DNA of 64,000 nt from Planktothrix sp. GU0601_MAG3 (GTDB lineage: Bacteria > Cyanobacteriota > Cyanobacteriia > Cyanobacteriales > Microcoleaceae), in contig CP136572.1 of the NCBI GenBank assembly GCA_035193785.1, positions 2,388,578 to 2,452,577 of the forward strand, given 5' to 3'. Within the stretch, counting starts at the first letter, position 1. The number at the start of each line of letters is the position of its first letter. Made by a program: the position numbers and the translations under genes. Of the stretch, positions 43,629 through 57,767 are shown piece after piece. Under the pieces are notes generated by a model, which saw nothing but the letters and a program-made list of their open reading frames with translations, was not told where the DNA came from and searched no databases.

Positions 43629-43814
43629 TTATCGGCTCACCGAACTTAGAATTCCAGTCGCAATAGACAGAAATAGCAAAATCCAGATCACATAACCCGG
43701 GATAAACGCTAAAACAGACAGACCTCTAAGCGTCCATAACAATAGCAGTAGGCCGGTTATGGACGCAAACAGGTAGGAAAAAATTAACTTTTGAGAATCA
43801 GGGGGTCGAGTCAC
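43629..43814 (-). CDS. Small two-TM membrane protein
   Basis: 61-aa hydrophobic ORF (LRGLSVLAFIPG). Confidence 0.6.
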   Translation of the reverse strand: MTRPPDSQKLIFSYLFASITGLLLLLWTLRGLSVLAFIPGYVIWILLFLSIATGILSSVSR

Positions 43815-43849
43815 AAATAGTACAGACTTGAAGAAGCTACGGATCTAGC

Positions 43850-46800
43850 TTAACCTAAGACCTGGAAGCTATTAGAAGTAATTAAATTAGCCTGCACACC
43901 CGCTAGACGCATTAGGGGCTGATCTCCGAGATTAATTAAGGTGGAAGTTCCCTCTTGGATAATAGTCAGTTGGTTGAGTGTTAAACCATTCGCCAAGGCC
44001 AAGAAATCTTCTCCTACTCGGAAATCCGTGATCTGGTCGAAACCCAGTATCAGCACCGATAACAAAACGATCTTTACCCGTACCTCCGGTGATCAAATCA
44101 TCACCGAGATCCCCAAATAACCAATCATCCCCGGCCCCACCGTTCAAAGTGTCGTTTTGTTGTCCACTGTAGAGGGTATCATTGTCATCACCGCCACAGA
44201 GTAGATTTTCTCCCTCGTTCGCCAAGAGCAGATCATTTCCTGCACCGCCACTGAGTTGATCTCGGTCGGAACTATTCCCCACCATATTCTCACCTCCGAC
44301 ACCGCCATAGATCGTGTCATCCCCATCGCCACCGCAGAGGATATCCGTGCCTTGGTCACCAAACAGGAGATCGTTTCCAGCATCTCCATAGAGGACATCA
44401 TCCTGTTCACCGCCATAAACCGTATCGCTACCCTCGCCCCCCATCAGGGTGTCGTTATTGCGGTTGCCATAGATAGCATCATCTCCGGCTCCGCCCCAGA
44501 GTAGATCGGGGCCATCTTCTTCGTTATTGAGATGATCGGTTTCGCCATCAATATTCAGGTTGTCACCAAAGAGGGTGTCATTGCCTTCATCCCCATAAAT
44601 GGTATCCGCCCCCAACTCCCCTCGCAGTAAGTCGTCTCCTTGACCACCAAAGATAAAATCACTACCCGTACCACCATAGGCCGTATCGTTGCCGATGCCT
44701 CCGTGCAGTAAATCCTCTCCGGTGTAGCCATAGAGGAAGTCCTGTTCCTGGGCCGCGATCGCAGAACTATCACTGGGACTACCAATTAAGGTATCGTTGC
44801 CATGGTCGCCATAGAGGCTATCGTTGCCATGGTCTCCAAATATCAGGTCATCATTCTGACCGCCATATCCAATATCGTTGCCGTCTCCCCCCAGCAGGGT
44901 ATCGTTGTTTTCGTTACCCGAGAGAAAATCATCTCCAGTGTCCCCCAGGAGTAAATCCCGCCCTTCTAAGTCCTGGGTAAGCGCAGGATCATCAATTCCG
45001 GCTAAGAGGGTATCATTCCCTTCCTGACCTTGCAGGGTATCGTTGCCATAACTACCCCTGATCAGATCATCACCGAGTTCTCCTTCAACCCAATCATTAC
45101 CGGATAAGGCATTAACGGTATCATTCCCTTCACCTGCATAGACGTTTTCATTCCCCGTAAAGGCGGTAATCCAATCATCTCCACCAAAGGCAAAGATACT
45201 TTGATCCAGAAACCGTTCCCGTCAGAGTGTCGTTATCCTCTGTACTGTTCAGGGTATTTGAGGTGGGGTTAGGAGAAATTAAACCCAGTACAGGAGGTTC
45301 AGGAAATACCACTTCCAGAAGTTCAGGAGCCGGGAGACAAATACCACACTCCCGGTTTACTGGGGGTAAGGGTGTTGAGGTGGGCGCGGGAGTGGGTATG
45401 GGAGTGGGTACGGGTGTGGGTACGGGTGTGGGACTGGGTATCGGTTCCGGGGTGGGGGTTGGAACCGGGACAGGTGTGGGAATCGGTGTGGGACTGGGTG
45501 TTACCGATGGTGCAGCAACTACAGAAATGGTGATGGTTGCCAGATTGGAAGTTGCACCAAAACTATCGGTTGCTTGATAATTCAGAACAAAGGAACCCGT
45601 AAAGTTAGGATTGGGCGTGAATGTTAGGGTTTGAGCTTGTTCCGGGGTAAGTCCGGCAACTTGACCGACATCGGTAATTGGGGTTTGATTTAAGAATAAT
45701 GTTCCTTGTTCTGGGGTTGGTAAACTGGTGAGACTATAGCTAACAATGCTTCCGGTTAAGTCTGTTGCAATTAGATCAGGCAATTGCACCGAATCAGAAG
45801 TATTAACAATTCCTGAAAGGTCGAGATTTTCAGCAACGGGGGGCTGATTGGGTACGGGTTCAAAGTTTAGGTTTACGGTTGTCCCGGTCGATATGGCTCC
45901 TTTATCATCCGTGACAGTGAAACTAAAGCCACCGCCATCGAAGTTACCCGTAGATTGAAATTGCAGTTGAGAGGCTTCTTCTGGGGTCAAAACCTGATTG
46001 GCTGTTACAGGTTGACCATTGAGGAGCAGTATCCCATCGGCCGGATCGGGTAGTTGAGTTATCGTAAAACTAGCGATTGTACCATCCGTATCTGTTCCTG
46101 AAAGCGGAGGCAGGTTGACGGTACTATTGGGTTGTACGGACAGAGCCAAATCGTTGGTAACTGGAGGCAAATTCACATCCAGGGGAACTAAAGATACCGT
46201 AGCTGCTGTCGGAGAAATCAATCCTTCGTTATCAATGGTTTTGTAGGCAAAAACAACCTTGTTTGAAGAACCCGTGGATTGAAATTGCAGTTGCGCTGCT
46301 TCTTCGGGGGTGAGGATTTGATTCAGTTCGACAGGTTTTCCATTTAACAGCAGTACACCATCGGCCGGATTAGGTAGTTGAGTGATCGTAAAATTAGCGA
46401 TCGTACCATCAGGATCAGTCCCCGATAACGGGGGAATGAAGGATGTGCTATTGGGCAAGAAGGGAACGTTCAGGTTATTGGCGGTAGGAGGTTGGTTAAC
46501 ATCCACTAGGACTAAATCTACTATTGCCGCCTGCGCCGAAACCGTCCCTTGATTATCCGTCGCGGTGTAACTAAAGCTACCGCCGTCAAAGTTGCCTGTG
46601 GCTTGAAATTGGAGTTGAGCAGCCTGTTCGGGTGTAACAGTTTGATTCAGGGCTACCGGGTTTCCATTCAGTAATAACACCCCATCCGTCTGATCAGGTA
46701 AAGATGTAATCGTATAATTAGCGACGGTTCCATCGGCATCCGTACCAGATAAAGTAGGTATATTTATGGTACTATTCGGAACAACCAGAGTATTTAAGTT

Positions 46801-49800
46801 ATTGGGAATCGGAGGTTGATTAACCGGAGGTTCAATTAAACCAATTGTTCCGGCTCCCGCAGAAGTCAAGCCTTGATTGTCCGTGACTGTGTAACTAAAG
46901 CCACCACCATTAAAACTACCTGTAGATTGAAATTGCAGGCGAGAGGCTTGTTCGGGGGTTAAAACCTGATTCGCTGTCACAGGTTGACCATCCAGGAGCA
47001 GCACCCCATCAGCTATATCCGGTAAGCTAGTAATCGTAAAACTGACTACCGTACCATCGGGATCAGTACCCGATAAGCTGATAGGAACATTAGCATTAGG
47101 GGTGACAGAAACGTTCAGGTTATTCGCCACAGGCGGTTGATTGACCACAGGCGAAATTAAGTCAACAACGGCAGGGCTTGGGGAAATTAAGCCTTGATTA
47201 TCCGTAACCGTATAGGTAAAACTACCACCATTAAAGTTTCCTGTGGCTTGGAATTGCAGTTGAGCGGCTTCTTCAGGCGTTAAAACCTGATTAACCTGCA
47301 CAGGTTGACCATTGAGCAACAATACCCCATCGGCCACATCAGGTAAGCTACTGATGGTGATAGTCGCTACCGTGCCATCAGGATCTTGTCCAGACAGGGG
47401 AACTACTGTCGTACTATTCGGAGTTAAAACAAGGTTAATATTGTTTGCATTCGGAGGTTGGTTCGCCACAGTCGGCTGAATCAAAGTTACCGTTGCCGGG
47501 GTGGAGTCAGTGGCACCTTGATTATCCGTGACCGTATAATCAAAACTACCACCATTAAAGGTTCCTATGGCTTGGAATTGTAGTTGAGTTGCTTCTTGAG
47601 GCGTTAAAACCTGATTCACCTGCACGGGTTGACCGTTGAGCAACAATATTCCATCAGTTACATCCGGTAAGCTGGTGATGGTAAAACTGGCAATACTACC
47701 ATCGGGGTCAGTTCCCGATAGTGAGAGTGGAATCTTACTATTCGGTAAAACCGCAGCATTCAGGTTGTCTGCTACCGGAGAAATATTATCTGGCTCCGGC
47801 GTGGGTACGGGTGTTGGCTCCGGTGTTGGTACGGGTGTTGGCTCCGGTGTGGGCACGGGTGTTGGTTCAACTGTTGGTGTCGGAGTCGGAGTCGGAGTCG
47901 GACTTGGTGTCGGACCTGGTGTCGGACTTGGTGTCGGACTTGGTGTCGGACTTGGTGTCGGACTTGGTGTTGGAGTCGGACTTGGTGTTGGAGTCGGACT
48001 TGGTGTTGGAGTCGGACTTGGTGTTGGAGTCGGACTTGGTGTTGGAGTCGGACTTGGTGTTGGAGTCGGACTTGGTGTTGGAGTCGGACTTGGTGTTGGA
48101 CTTGGTGTTGGACTTGGTGTTGGACTTGGTGTCGGACTTGGTGTTGGACTTGGTGTTGGACTTGGTGTTGGAGTCGGACTTGGTGTTGGACTTGGTGTCG
48201 GACTTGGTGTTGGAGTCGGACTTGGTGTTGGAGTCGGACTTGGTGTTGGAGTCGGACTTGGTGTTGGAGTCGGACTTGGTGTTGGACTTGGTGTTGGACT
48301 TGGTGTTGGACTTGGAGTCGGACTTGGTGTTGGACTTGGTGTTGGACTTGGTGTTGGACTTGGTGTTGGACTTGGTGTTGGAGTCGGACTTGGTGTTGGA
48401 CTTGGTGTTGGACTTGGAGTCGGACTTGGTGTCGGACTTGGTGTTGGACTTGGTGTTGGACTTGGTGTCGGACTTGGTGTTGGACTTGGTGTTGGACTTG
48501 GTGTTGGAGTCGGACTTGGTGTTGGACTTGGTGTTGGTGTTGGACTTGGTGTTGGAGTCGGACTTGGTGTTGGAGTCGGACTTGGTGTCGGTGTTGGAGT
48601 CGGACTTGGTGTTGGAGTCGGACTTGGTGTCGGTGTTGGAGTCGGACTTGGTGTTGGAGTCGGACTTGGTGTCGGTGTTGGAGTCGGACTTGGTGTCGGT
48701 GTTGGACTTGGTGTTGGAGTCGGACTTGGTGTTGGAGTCGGACTTGGTGTTGGAGTCGGACTTGGTGTTGGAGTCGGACTTGGTGTTGGACTTGGTGTGA
48801 CATTGATGGTTATGGTATTGGGTGATAGGTCAAGGTTGACACCACCATTGGCTATCCCACCATCATCTTGAACTTGGAAGGTAAAGTTGGCGTAGTTATT
48901 CCCGTTATCGTTGGGGGCGGGGGTAAATTTCAGCTTTCCACTGGTAATGTCACTGACTGTGACCAAACTCTCTGCGGTGACGGCGTTACCGTTTAAGGTC
49001 AGGCTGCCGGTGGCTGGGAGGGTGGTAATTTTGACTTGAGTAAAGTTATCGCCATCGAGAATATCGCTGAAACCAAAGTCATTGACGGTGAAGGTATAAT
49101 CTATGTCCTCATTGGTGCTGACGGTTTTGTCGGCTCCTGATGGGGCGTCGTTAACCGGAGTCACATTGATGGTTATGGTATTGGGTGATAGGTCAAGGTT
49201 GACACCACCATTGGCTATCCCACCATCATCTTGAACTTGGAAGGTAAAGTTGGCGTAGTTATTCCCGTTATCGTTGGGGGCGGGGGTAAATTTCAGCTTT
49301 CCACTGGTAATGTCACTGACTGTGACCAAACTCTCTGCGGTGACGGCGTTACCGTTTAAGGTCAGGCTGCCGGTGGCTGGGAGGGTGGTAATTTTGACTT
49401 GAGTAAAGTTATCGCCATCGAGAATATCGCTGAAACCAAAGTCATTGACGGTGAAGGTATAATCTATGTCCTCATTGGTGCTGACGGTTTTGTCGGCTCC
49501 TGATGGGTCGTCGTTAACCGGAGTCACATTGATGGTTATGGTATTGGGTGATAGGTCAAGGTTGACACCACCATTGGCTATCCCACCATCATCTTGAAAC
49601 TTGGAAGGTAAAGTTGGCGTAGTTATTCCCGTTATCGTTGGGGGCGGGGGTAAATTTTAGCTTTCCACTGGTAATGTCACTGACTGTGACCAAATTCCCG
49701 GCGGTGACGGCGTTACCGTTTAAGGTCAGGCTGCCGGTGGCTGGGAGGGTGGTAATTTTGACTTGAGTAAAGTTATTGCCATCAAGAATATCGCTGAAAC

Positions 49801-52800
49801 CAAAGTCATTGACGGTGAAGGTATAATCTATGTCTTCATTGGTGCTGACGGTTTTGTCGGCTCCTGATGGGGCGTCGTTAACCGGAGTCACATCGATGGT
49901 TATGGTATTGGCTACGGGGTCAAGGTTGACACCACCATTGGCTATCCCACCATCATCTTGAACTTGGAAGGTAAAGTTGGCGTAGTTATTCCCGTTATCG
50001 TGGAGGGCGGGGGTAAATTTCAGCTTTCCAGTTGTAATGTCATTTAGCGTGGCAAAATCACCGGCGGTGACGGCGTTACCGTTTAAGGTCAGGCTGCCGG
50101 TGGCTGGGAGGGTGGTAATTTTGACTTGAGTAAAGTTATTGCCATCGAGAATATCGCTGAAACCAAAGTCATTGACGGTGAAGGTATAATCTATGTCCTC
50201 ATTGGTGCTGACGGTTTTGTCGGCTCCTGATGGGGCATCATTAACCGGAGTCACATCGATGGTTATGGTATTGGCTACGGGGTCAAGGTTGACACCACCA
50301 TTGGCTATCCCACCATCATCTTGAACTTGGAAGGTAAAGTTGGCGTAGTTATTCCCGTTATCGTGGAGGGCGGGGGTAAATTTTAGCTTTCCACTGGTAA
50401 TGTCACTGACTGTGACCAAACTCTCTGCGGTGACGGCGTTACCGTTTAAGGTCAGGCTGCCGGTGGCTGGGAGGGTGGTAATTTTGACTTGAGCGAAGTT
50501 ATCGCCATCGAGAATATCGCTGAAACCAAAGTCATTGACGGTGAAGGTATAATCTATGTCCTCATTGGTGCTGACGGTTTTGTCGGCTCCTGATGGGGCA
50601 TCATTAACCGGAGTCACATCGATGGTTATGGTATTGGCTACGGGGTCAAGGTTGACACCACCATTGGCTATCCCACCATCATCTTGAACTTGGAAGGTAA
50701 AGTTGGCGTAGTTATTCCCGTTATCGTGGAGGGCGGGGGTAAATTTCAGCTTTCCACTGGTAATGTCACTGACTGTGACCAAATTCCCGGCGGTGACGGC
50801 GTTACCGTTTAAGGTCAGGCTGCCGGTGGCTGGGAGGGTGGTAATTTTGACTTGAGTAAAGTTATTGCCATCAAGAATATCGCTGAAACCAAAGTCATTG
50901 ACGGTGAAGGTATAATCTATGTCTTCATTGGTGCTGACGGTTTTGTCGGCTCCTGATGGGGCGTCGTTAACCGGAGTCACATCGATGGTTATGGTATTGG
51001 CTACGGGGTCAAGGTTGACACCACCATTGGCTATCCCACCATCATCTTGAACTTGGAAGGTAAAGTTGGCGTAGTTATTCCCGTTATCGTTGGGGGCGGG
51101 GGTAAATTTCAGCTTTCCACTGGTAATGTCACTGACTGTGACCAAACTCTCTGCGGTGACGGCGTTACCGTTTAAGGTCAGGCTGCCGGTGGCTGGGAGG
51201 GTGGTAATTTTGACTTGAGTAAAGTTATCGCCATCGAGAATATCGCTGAAACCAAAGTCATTGACGGTGAAGGTATAATCTATGTCCTCATTGGTGCTGA
51301 CGGTTTTGTCGGCTCCTGATGGGTCGTCGTTAACCGGAGTCACATTGATGGTTATGGTATTGGGTGATAGGTCAAGGTTGACACCACCATTGGCTATCCC
51401 ACCATCATCTTGAACTTGGAAGGTAAAGTTGGCGTAGTTATTCCCGTTATCGTTGGGGGCGGGGGTAAATTTTAGCTTTCCACTGGTAATGTCACTGACT
51501 GTGACCAAATTCCCGGCGGTGACGGCGTTACCGTTTAAGGTCAGGCTGCCGGTGGCTGGGAGGGTGGTAATTTTGACTTGAGTAAAGTTATTGCCATCAA
51601 GAATATCGCTGAAACCAAAGTCATTGACGGTGAAGGTATAATCTATGTCTTCATTGGTGCTGACGGTTTTGTCGGCTCCTGATGGGGCGTCGTTAACCGG
51701 AGTCACATCGATGGTTATGGTATTGGCTACGGGGTCAAGGTTGACACCACCATTGGCTATCCCACCATCATCTTGAACTTGGAAGGTAAAGTTGGCGTAG
51801 TTATTCCCGTTATCGTGGAGGGCGGGGGTAAATTTCAGCTTTCCAGTTGTAATGTCATTTAGCGTGGCAAAATCACCGGCGGTGACGGCGTTACCGTTTA
51901 AGGTCAGGCTGCCGGTGGCTGGGAGGGTGGTAATTTTGACTTGAGTAAAGTTATTGCCATCGAGAATATCGCTGAAACCAAAGTCATTGACGGTGAAGGT
52001 ATAATCTATGTCCTCATTGGTGCTGACGGTTTTGTCGGCTCCTGATGGGGCATCATTAACCGGAGTCACATCGATGGTTATGGTATTGGCTACGGGGTCA
52101 AGGTTGACACCACCATTGGCTATCCCACCATCATCTTGAACTTGGAAGGTAAAGTTGGCGTAGTTATTCCCGTTATCGTGGAGGGCGGGGGTAAATTTTA
52201 GCTTTCCACTGGTAATGTCACTGACTGTGACCAAACTCTCTGCGGTGACGGCGTTACCGTTTAAGGTCAGGCTGCCGGTGGCTGGGAGGGTGGTAATTTT
52301 GACTTGAGCGAAGTTATCGCCATCGAGAATATCGCTGAAACCAAAGTCATTGACGGTGAAGGTATAATCTATGTCCTCATTGGTGCTGACGGTTTTGTCG
52401 GCTCCTGATGGGGCATCATTAACCGGAGTCACATCGATGGTTATGGTATTGGCTACGGGGTCAAGGTTGACACCACCATTGGCTATCCCACCATCATCTT
52501 GAACTTGGAAGGTAAAGTTGGCGTAGTTATTCCCGTTATCGTTGGGGGCGGGGGTAAATTTTAGCTTTCCACTGGTAATGTCACTGACTGTGACCAAATT
52601 CCCGGCGGTGACGGCGTTACCGTTTAAGGTCAGGCTGCCGGTGGCTGGGAGGGTGGTAATTTTGACTTGAGTAAAGTTATCGCCATCGAGAATATCGCTG
52701 AAACCAAAGTCATTGACGGTGAAGGTATAATCTATGTCTTCATTGGTGCTGACGGTTTTGTCGGCTCCTGATGGGGCGTCGTTAACCGGAGTCACATCGA

Positions 52801-55800
52801 TGGTTATGGTATTGGCTACGGGGTCAAGGTTGACACCACCATTGGCTATCCCACCATCATCTTGAAACTTGGAAGGTAAAGTTGGCGTAGTTATTCCCGT
52901 TATCGTGGAGGGCGGGGGTAAATTTCAGCTTTCCAGTTGTAATGTCATTTAGCGTGGCAAAATCACCGGCGGTGACGGCGTTACCGTTTAAGGTCAGGCT
53001 GCCGGTGGCTGGGAGGGTGGTAATTTTGACTTGAGTAAAGTTATTGCCATCGAGAATATCGCTGAAACCAAAGTCATTGACGGTGAAGGTATAATCTATG
53101 TCCTCATTGGTGCTGACGGTTTTGTCGGCTCCTGATGGGGCATCATTAACCGGAGTCACATCGATGGTTATGGTATTGGCTACGGGGTCAAGGTTGACAC
53201 CACCATTGGCTATCCCACCATCATCTTGAACTTGGAAGGTAAAGTTGGCGTAGTTATTCCCGTTATCGTGGAGGGCGGGGGTAAATTTTAGCTTTCCACT
53301 GGTAATGTCACTGACTGTGACCAAACTCTCTGCGGTGACGGCGTTACCGTTTAAGGTCAGGCTGCCGGTGGCTGGGAGGGTGGTAATTTTGACTTGAGCG
53401 AAGTTATCGCCATCGAGAATATCGCTGAAACCAAAGTCATTGACGGTGAAGGTATAATCTATGTCCTCATTGGTGCTGACGGTTTTGTCGGCTCCTGATG
53501 GGGCATCATTAACCGGAGTCACATCGATGGTTATGGTATTGGCTACGGGGTCAAGGTTGACACCACCATTGGCTATCCCACCATCATCTTGAACTTGGAA
53601 GGTAAAGTTGGCGTAGTTATTCCCGTTATCGTTGGGGGCGGGGGTAAATTTTAGCTTTCCACTGGTAATGTCACTGACTGTGACCAAATTCCCGGCGGTG
53701 ACGGCGTTACCGTTTAAGGTCAGGCTGCCGGTGGCTGGGAGGGTGGTAATTTTGACTTGAGTAAAGTTATTGCCATCGAGAATATCGCTGAAACCAAAGT
53801 CATTGACGGTGAAGGTATAATCTATGTCTTCATTGGTGCTGACGGTTTTGTCGGCTCCTGATGGGGCGTCGTTAACCGGAGTCACATTGATGGTTATGGT
53901 ATTGGCTACGGGGTCAAGGTTGACACCACCATTGGCTATCCCACCATCATCTTGAACTTGGAAGGTAAAGTTGGCGTAGTTATTCCCGTTATCGTTGGGG
54001 GCGGGGGTAAATTTTAGCTTTCCACTGGTAATGTCACTGACTGTGACAGAATTACCTGCGTCCACGGGTGTACCGTTTAAGGTCAGGCTGCCGGTGGCTG
54101 GGAGGGTGGTAATTTTGACTTGAGTAAAGTTATTGCCATCAAGAATATCGCTGAAACCAAAGTCATTGACGGTGAAGGTATAATCTATGTCCTCATTGGT
54201 GCTGACGGTTTTGTCGGCTCCTGATGGGGCATCATTAACCGGAGTCACATCGATGGTTATGGTATTGGCTACGGGGTCAAGGTTGACACCACCATTGGCT
54301 ATCCCACCATCATCTTGAACTTGGAAGGTAAAGTTGGCGTAGTTATTCCCGTTATCGTGGAGGGCGGGGGTAAATTTCAGCTTTCCACTGGTAATGTCAC
54401 TGACTGTGACCAAATTCCCGGCGGTGACGGCGTTACCGTTTAAGGTCAGGCTGCCGGTGGCTGGGAGGGTGGTAATTTTGACTTGAGTAAAGTTATTGCC
54501 ATCAAGAATATCGCTGAAACCAAAGTCATTGACGGTGAAGGTATAATCTATGTCTTCATTGGTGCTGACGGTTTTGTCGGCTCCTGATGGGGCGTCGTTA
54601 ACCGGAGTCACATCGATGGTTATGGTATTGGCTACGGGGTCAAGGTTGACACCACCATTGGCTATCCCACCATCATCTTGAACTTGGAAGGTAAAGTTGG
54701 CGTAGTTATTCCCGTTATCGTGGAGGGCGGGGGTAAATTTCAGCTTTCCAGTTGTAATGTCATTTAGCGTGGCAAAATCACCGGCGGTGACGGCGTTACC
54801 GTTTAAGGTCAGGCTGCCGGTGGCTGGGAGGGTGGTAATTTTGACTTGAGTAAAGTTATTGCCATCGAGAATATCGCTGAAACCAAAGTCATTGACGGTG
54901 AAGGTATAATCTATGTCCTCATTGGTGCTGACGGTTTTGTCGGCTCCTGATGGGGCATCATTAACCGGAGTCACATCGATGGTTATGGTATTGGCTACGG
55001 GGTCAAGGTTGACACCACCATTGGCTATCCCACCATCATCTTGAACTTGGAAGGTAAAGTTGGCGTAGTTATTCCCGTTATCGTTGGGGGCGGGGGTAAA
55101 TTTTAGCTTTCCACTGGTAATGTCACTGACTGTGACCAAATTCCCGGCGGTGACGGCGTTACCGTTTAAGGTCAGGCTGCCGGTGGCTGGGAGGGTGGTA
55201 ATTTTGACTTGAGTAAAGTTATTGCCATCGAGAATATCGCTGAAACCAAAGTCATTGACGGTGAAGGTATAATCTATGTCCTCATTGGTGCTGACGGTTT
55301 TGTCGGCTCCTGATGGGGCGTCGTTGACGGGTACAACTGTAATTGTACTAACAGCAGTGTTACTAACATTAACACCGTCACTAGCAATTACATTAATAGT
55401 GCGGTTTCCAGCAGTGGGATTTTGTGAAGTATTCTCGTAGGTAATGCTCTGTAATAAACTCTGTAAGTCAGCCGTTATAATATTGCTGTTATCGGGTTTA
55501 GTGATTTTGACTTGCTTTGTGGTATTATCGTATGCAGCCGTGAAGCTAGTAGTGCCTACTGTAAATGTTGCTGTTTTATTGGCATTCAGGGGATAGGCTG
55601 TACCCCCAATTTTTAAAACCTCTTCGACTCCATTTAATACGCCAGAAATCCCCAGGGTAAGACTAATAATATCATTGCCATCGGGATCGCTAACGGTGGC
55701 AAGATTGCCCGCGATATTACTAGCAATATTAACCGGGCTATTGCCTTCGGTGAAAGTTGTTGCATAACCAGTTCCGGCAGTGATACTACCATTCAAATCA

Positions 55801-57387
55801 ACAACGGGGGGAGAACCGATGGTTAATACTTTTAAGTTCGCAACTTCATGAATATTTGTCGCCCCACCCGGTGCACCTGTGGAAGCGGCGAAACCAAACT
55901 TGAAGGTAGGAGGTAAAAATGTGTCTCCATTCTCTGTTTTTATATCCAAATTTTGAAATACATATTCACCTGTATCCCCAAGCTGATTAGAATTTATATC
56001 AAAAAACAGGCTTAATTTTCCATCGGTAGATAGTTGAATTCCTACTTTTCTTTGAACACCTGTATCAGTTCTTTTTGTTGCGCCACTGGGCCCATCAATT
56101 CCACCAACAGCCGGTGGTAAGGTCTTGGTGTCAATCCAGTCATAAGACAGATTGCGATCTTGCGCCCCTCCTCCATCAAGAATTTCTTTTCCACGAATTG
56201 TAATTGAGTCGGGAAACCGGGTTCTTTTTATCTACACCTGTTAGTGGACTGCCTCCTACGCGAATAGTTGCATTATCACTACTTCTGACCTCCGTAGCAA
56301 AGTTTCCAAACTCATCAAATCCAATGCCAACATAACCTCCGGCGATGCCGTCTGTGTTACTAGAGCGGTTTTGAGCATATCCCAAAGAACCACCGAAGGC
56401 TCCTGCCTTGCTTGGAGACTTGCTACCATCAATTAAGAAAAAGCTTAATCCATCTCCTTGATTAGTAGCTCCTCCATAAGAATAATAATCAAATAATATG
56501 GTTAATCCAGAGGAGGAAGAAACGGGTTGATTGTAAATAACAAACCCTGACTGACTGTTGTTGGCTGAAGTTAATCTTAAGGCTCCTGCACCATTAGTAT
56601 CAGGTGTTATACCTGTGGGAACGCCTGGAATCCCATTATCGGGATTTGGTTTAGGAATTCCTTGAGGTGCTCTAGTTCCTCTTGCTGTTAAGTAAGGGAA
56701 AAATTGGCTAGTTAATAGGGCAGGATTCGCAATAACATCGGCTGAACCATTCGTGTTATTTCCATACAGCCAATTAATGGTGGGTGAAGCACTTCCTGGG
56801 GGTTGAGGTGTGAGGGCACTATTTCTAAAAGATTCATCGACTAATGTGTTTAGTAATACCCCTTCATAGTTGAATAGGGTTTGATTGTCAAAGGCTAAAC
56901 CTGCTTCAATGGTTCCGGTTGCATATTCTAAATTCCAATCTCGGCTAAACTGAATACTACCAGTTAAATTCTCGGAGGCGGCAATATCTGCTTGAGTCAA
57001 TTGGGATAAATTTGTAACGAAAGATTGTCCTAAACTTCCAGACGCAACATTACATCCATAGAGTAAAATATCGGCATTTTCTGTTAGGCTGGCTTGCCAT
57101 TGTGAGAGTTTAGTTGAATATTGATCAATATTATTCGCATTAATAACAGTTGTCCCTAACTGTAAACTTCCACTTTCACCGTGAGAAATAATATGGAGGG
57201 CATCAATATCTTTTTGTGTAGAAAGAATAGAACTAATTTGAGCAATTCCATCTTGATTAGCATCTAGTATAATAACTTCTGCATTTGGATCAACCCCTTG
57301 TAGTAATGTTTCGTAATTTTCAACACTGGAGTCTATGAAAACGATTGTTTTCACGGGGTCTTGAATATAATTGTGGTGAGATAACAT
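43850..57387 (-). CDS. Giant RTX-type surface adhesin (~4,510 aa): DUF4347, L-type lectin-like, 18 Ig/cadherin-like repeats, Pro/Thr/Ser linker, ~7 further Ig-like repeats, GGxGxD repeats; five apparent +1 frameshifts
   Basis: [25 protein letters not shown] (DUF4347); [23 protein letters not shown] (lectin-like); 13,538 nt minus 5 inserted bases = 4,511 codons. Confidence 0.85.
47800..48798 (-). repeat. Low-complexity ([10 protein letters not shown])n coding repeat
   Basis: 12/18-nt units GGACTTGGTGTT / GGAGTC. Confidence 0.95.
48795..55332 (-). repeat. 18 near-identical 363-bp tandem repeats (121 aa each)
   Basis: TCCTGATGGG counted 18 times at ~363-bp spacing between ~49135 and ~55309. 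Confidence 0.93.
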
Positions 57388-57767
57388 ACCCTGAATTTCC
57401 TTGATTTGGCTGGTTTTTAAACAAATATATGGATTAACTAAAACTTGAATCTGCACATGATGGAAATTGACACACTTCCATGATACCCTTAGCATTAAGC
57501 AAAGAGACAGTATTGTAAACTACACCCTTATCTAAGTGTAAATGCGTAGGTTGGAGGTATTGGTTTAGTTTGTACCAGATATAAAACTGTCACATTTGCA
57601 GTTGACAAAAAGCAAAAAAAATGTTAAGGGTTTTACGGTCAACCAAAAATGTCGCTGATTTAGCTGAAATTGCATGAAATATAGTTGTCTAAAATATTAT
57701 TAACGAATATCCTCGTAACCTGGCATAGAATATAGTATAAACTTCCCGGCTAAGAGCGACCTCACGG

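Noticed and set aside
47636..48871. Long GV-, SDLVL- and QHQV-repeat ORFs
   Set aside because: Shadow frames of the Pro/Thr/Ser linker of the adhesin
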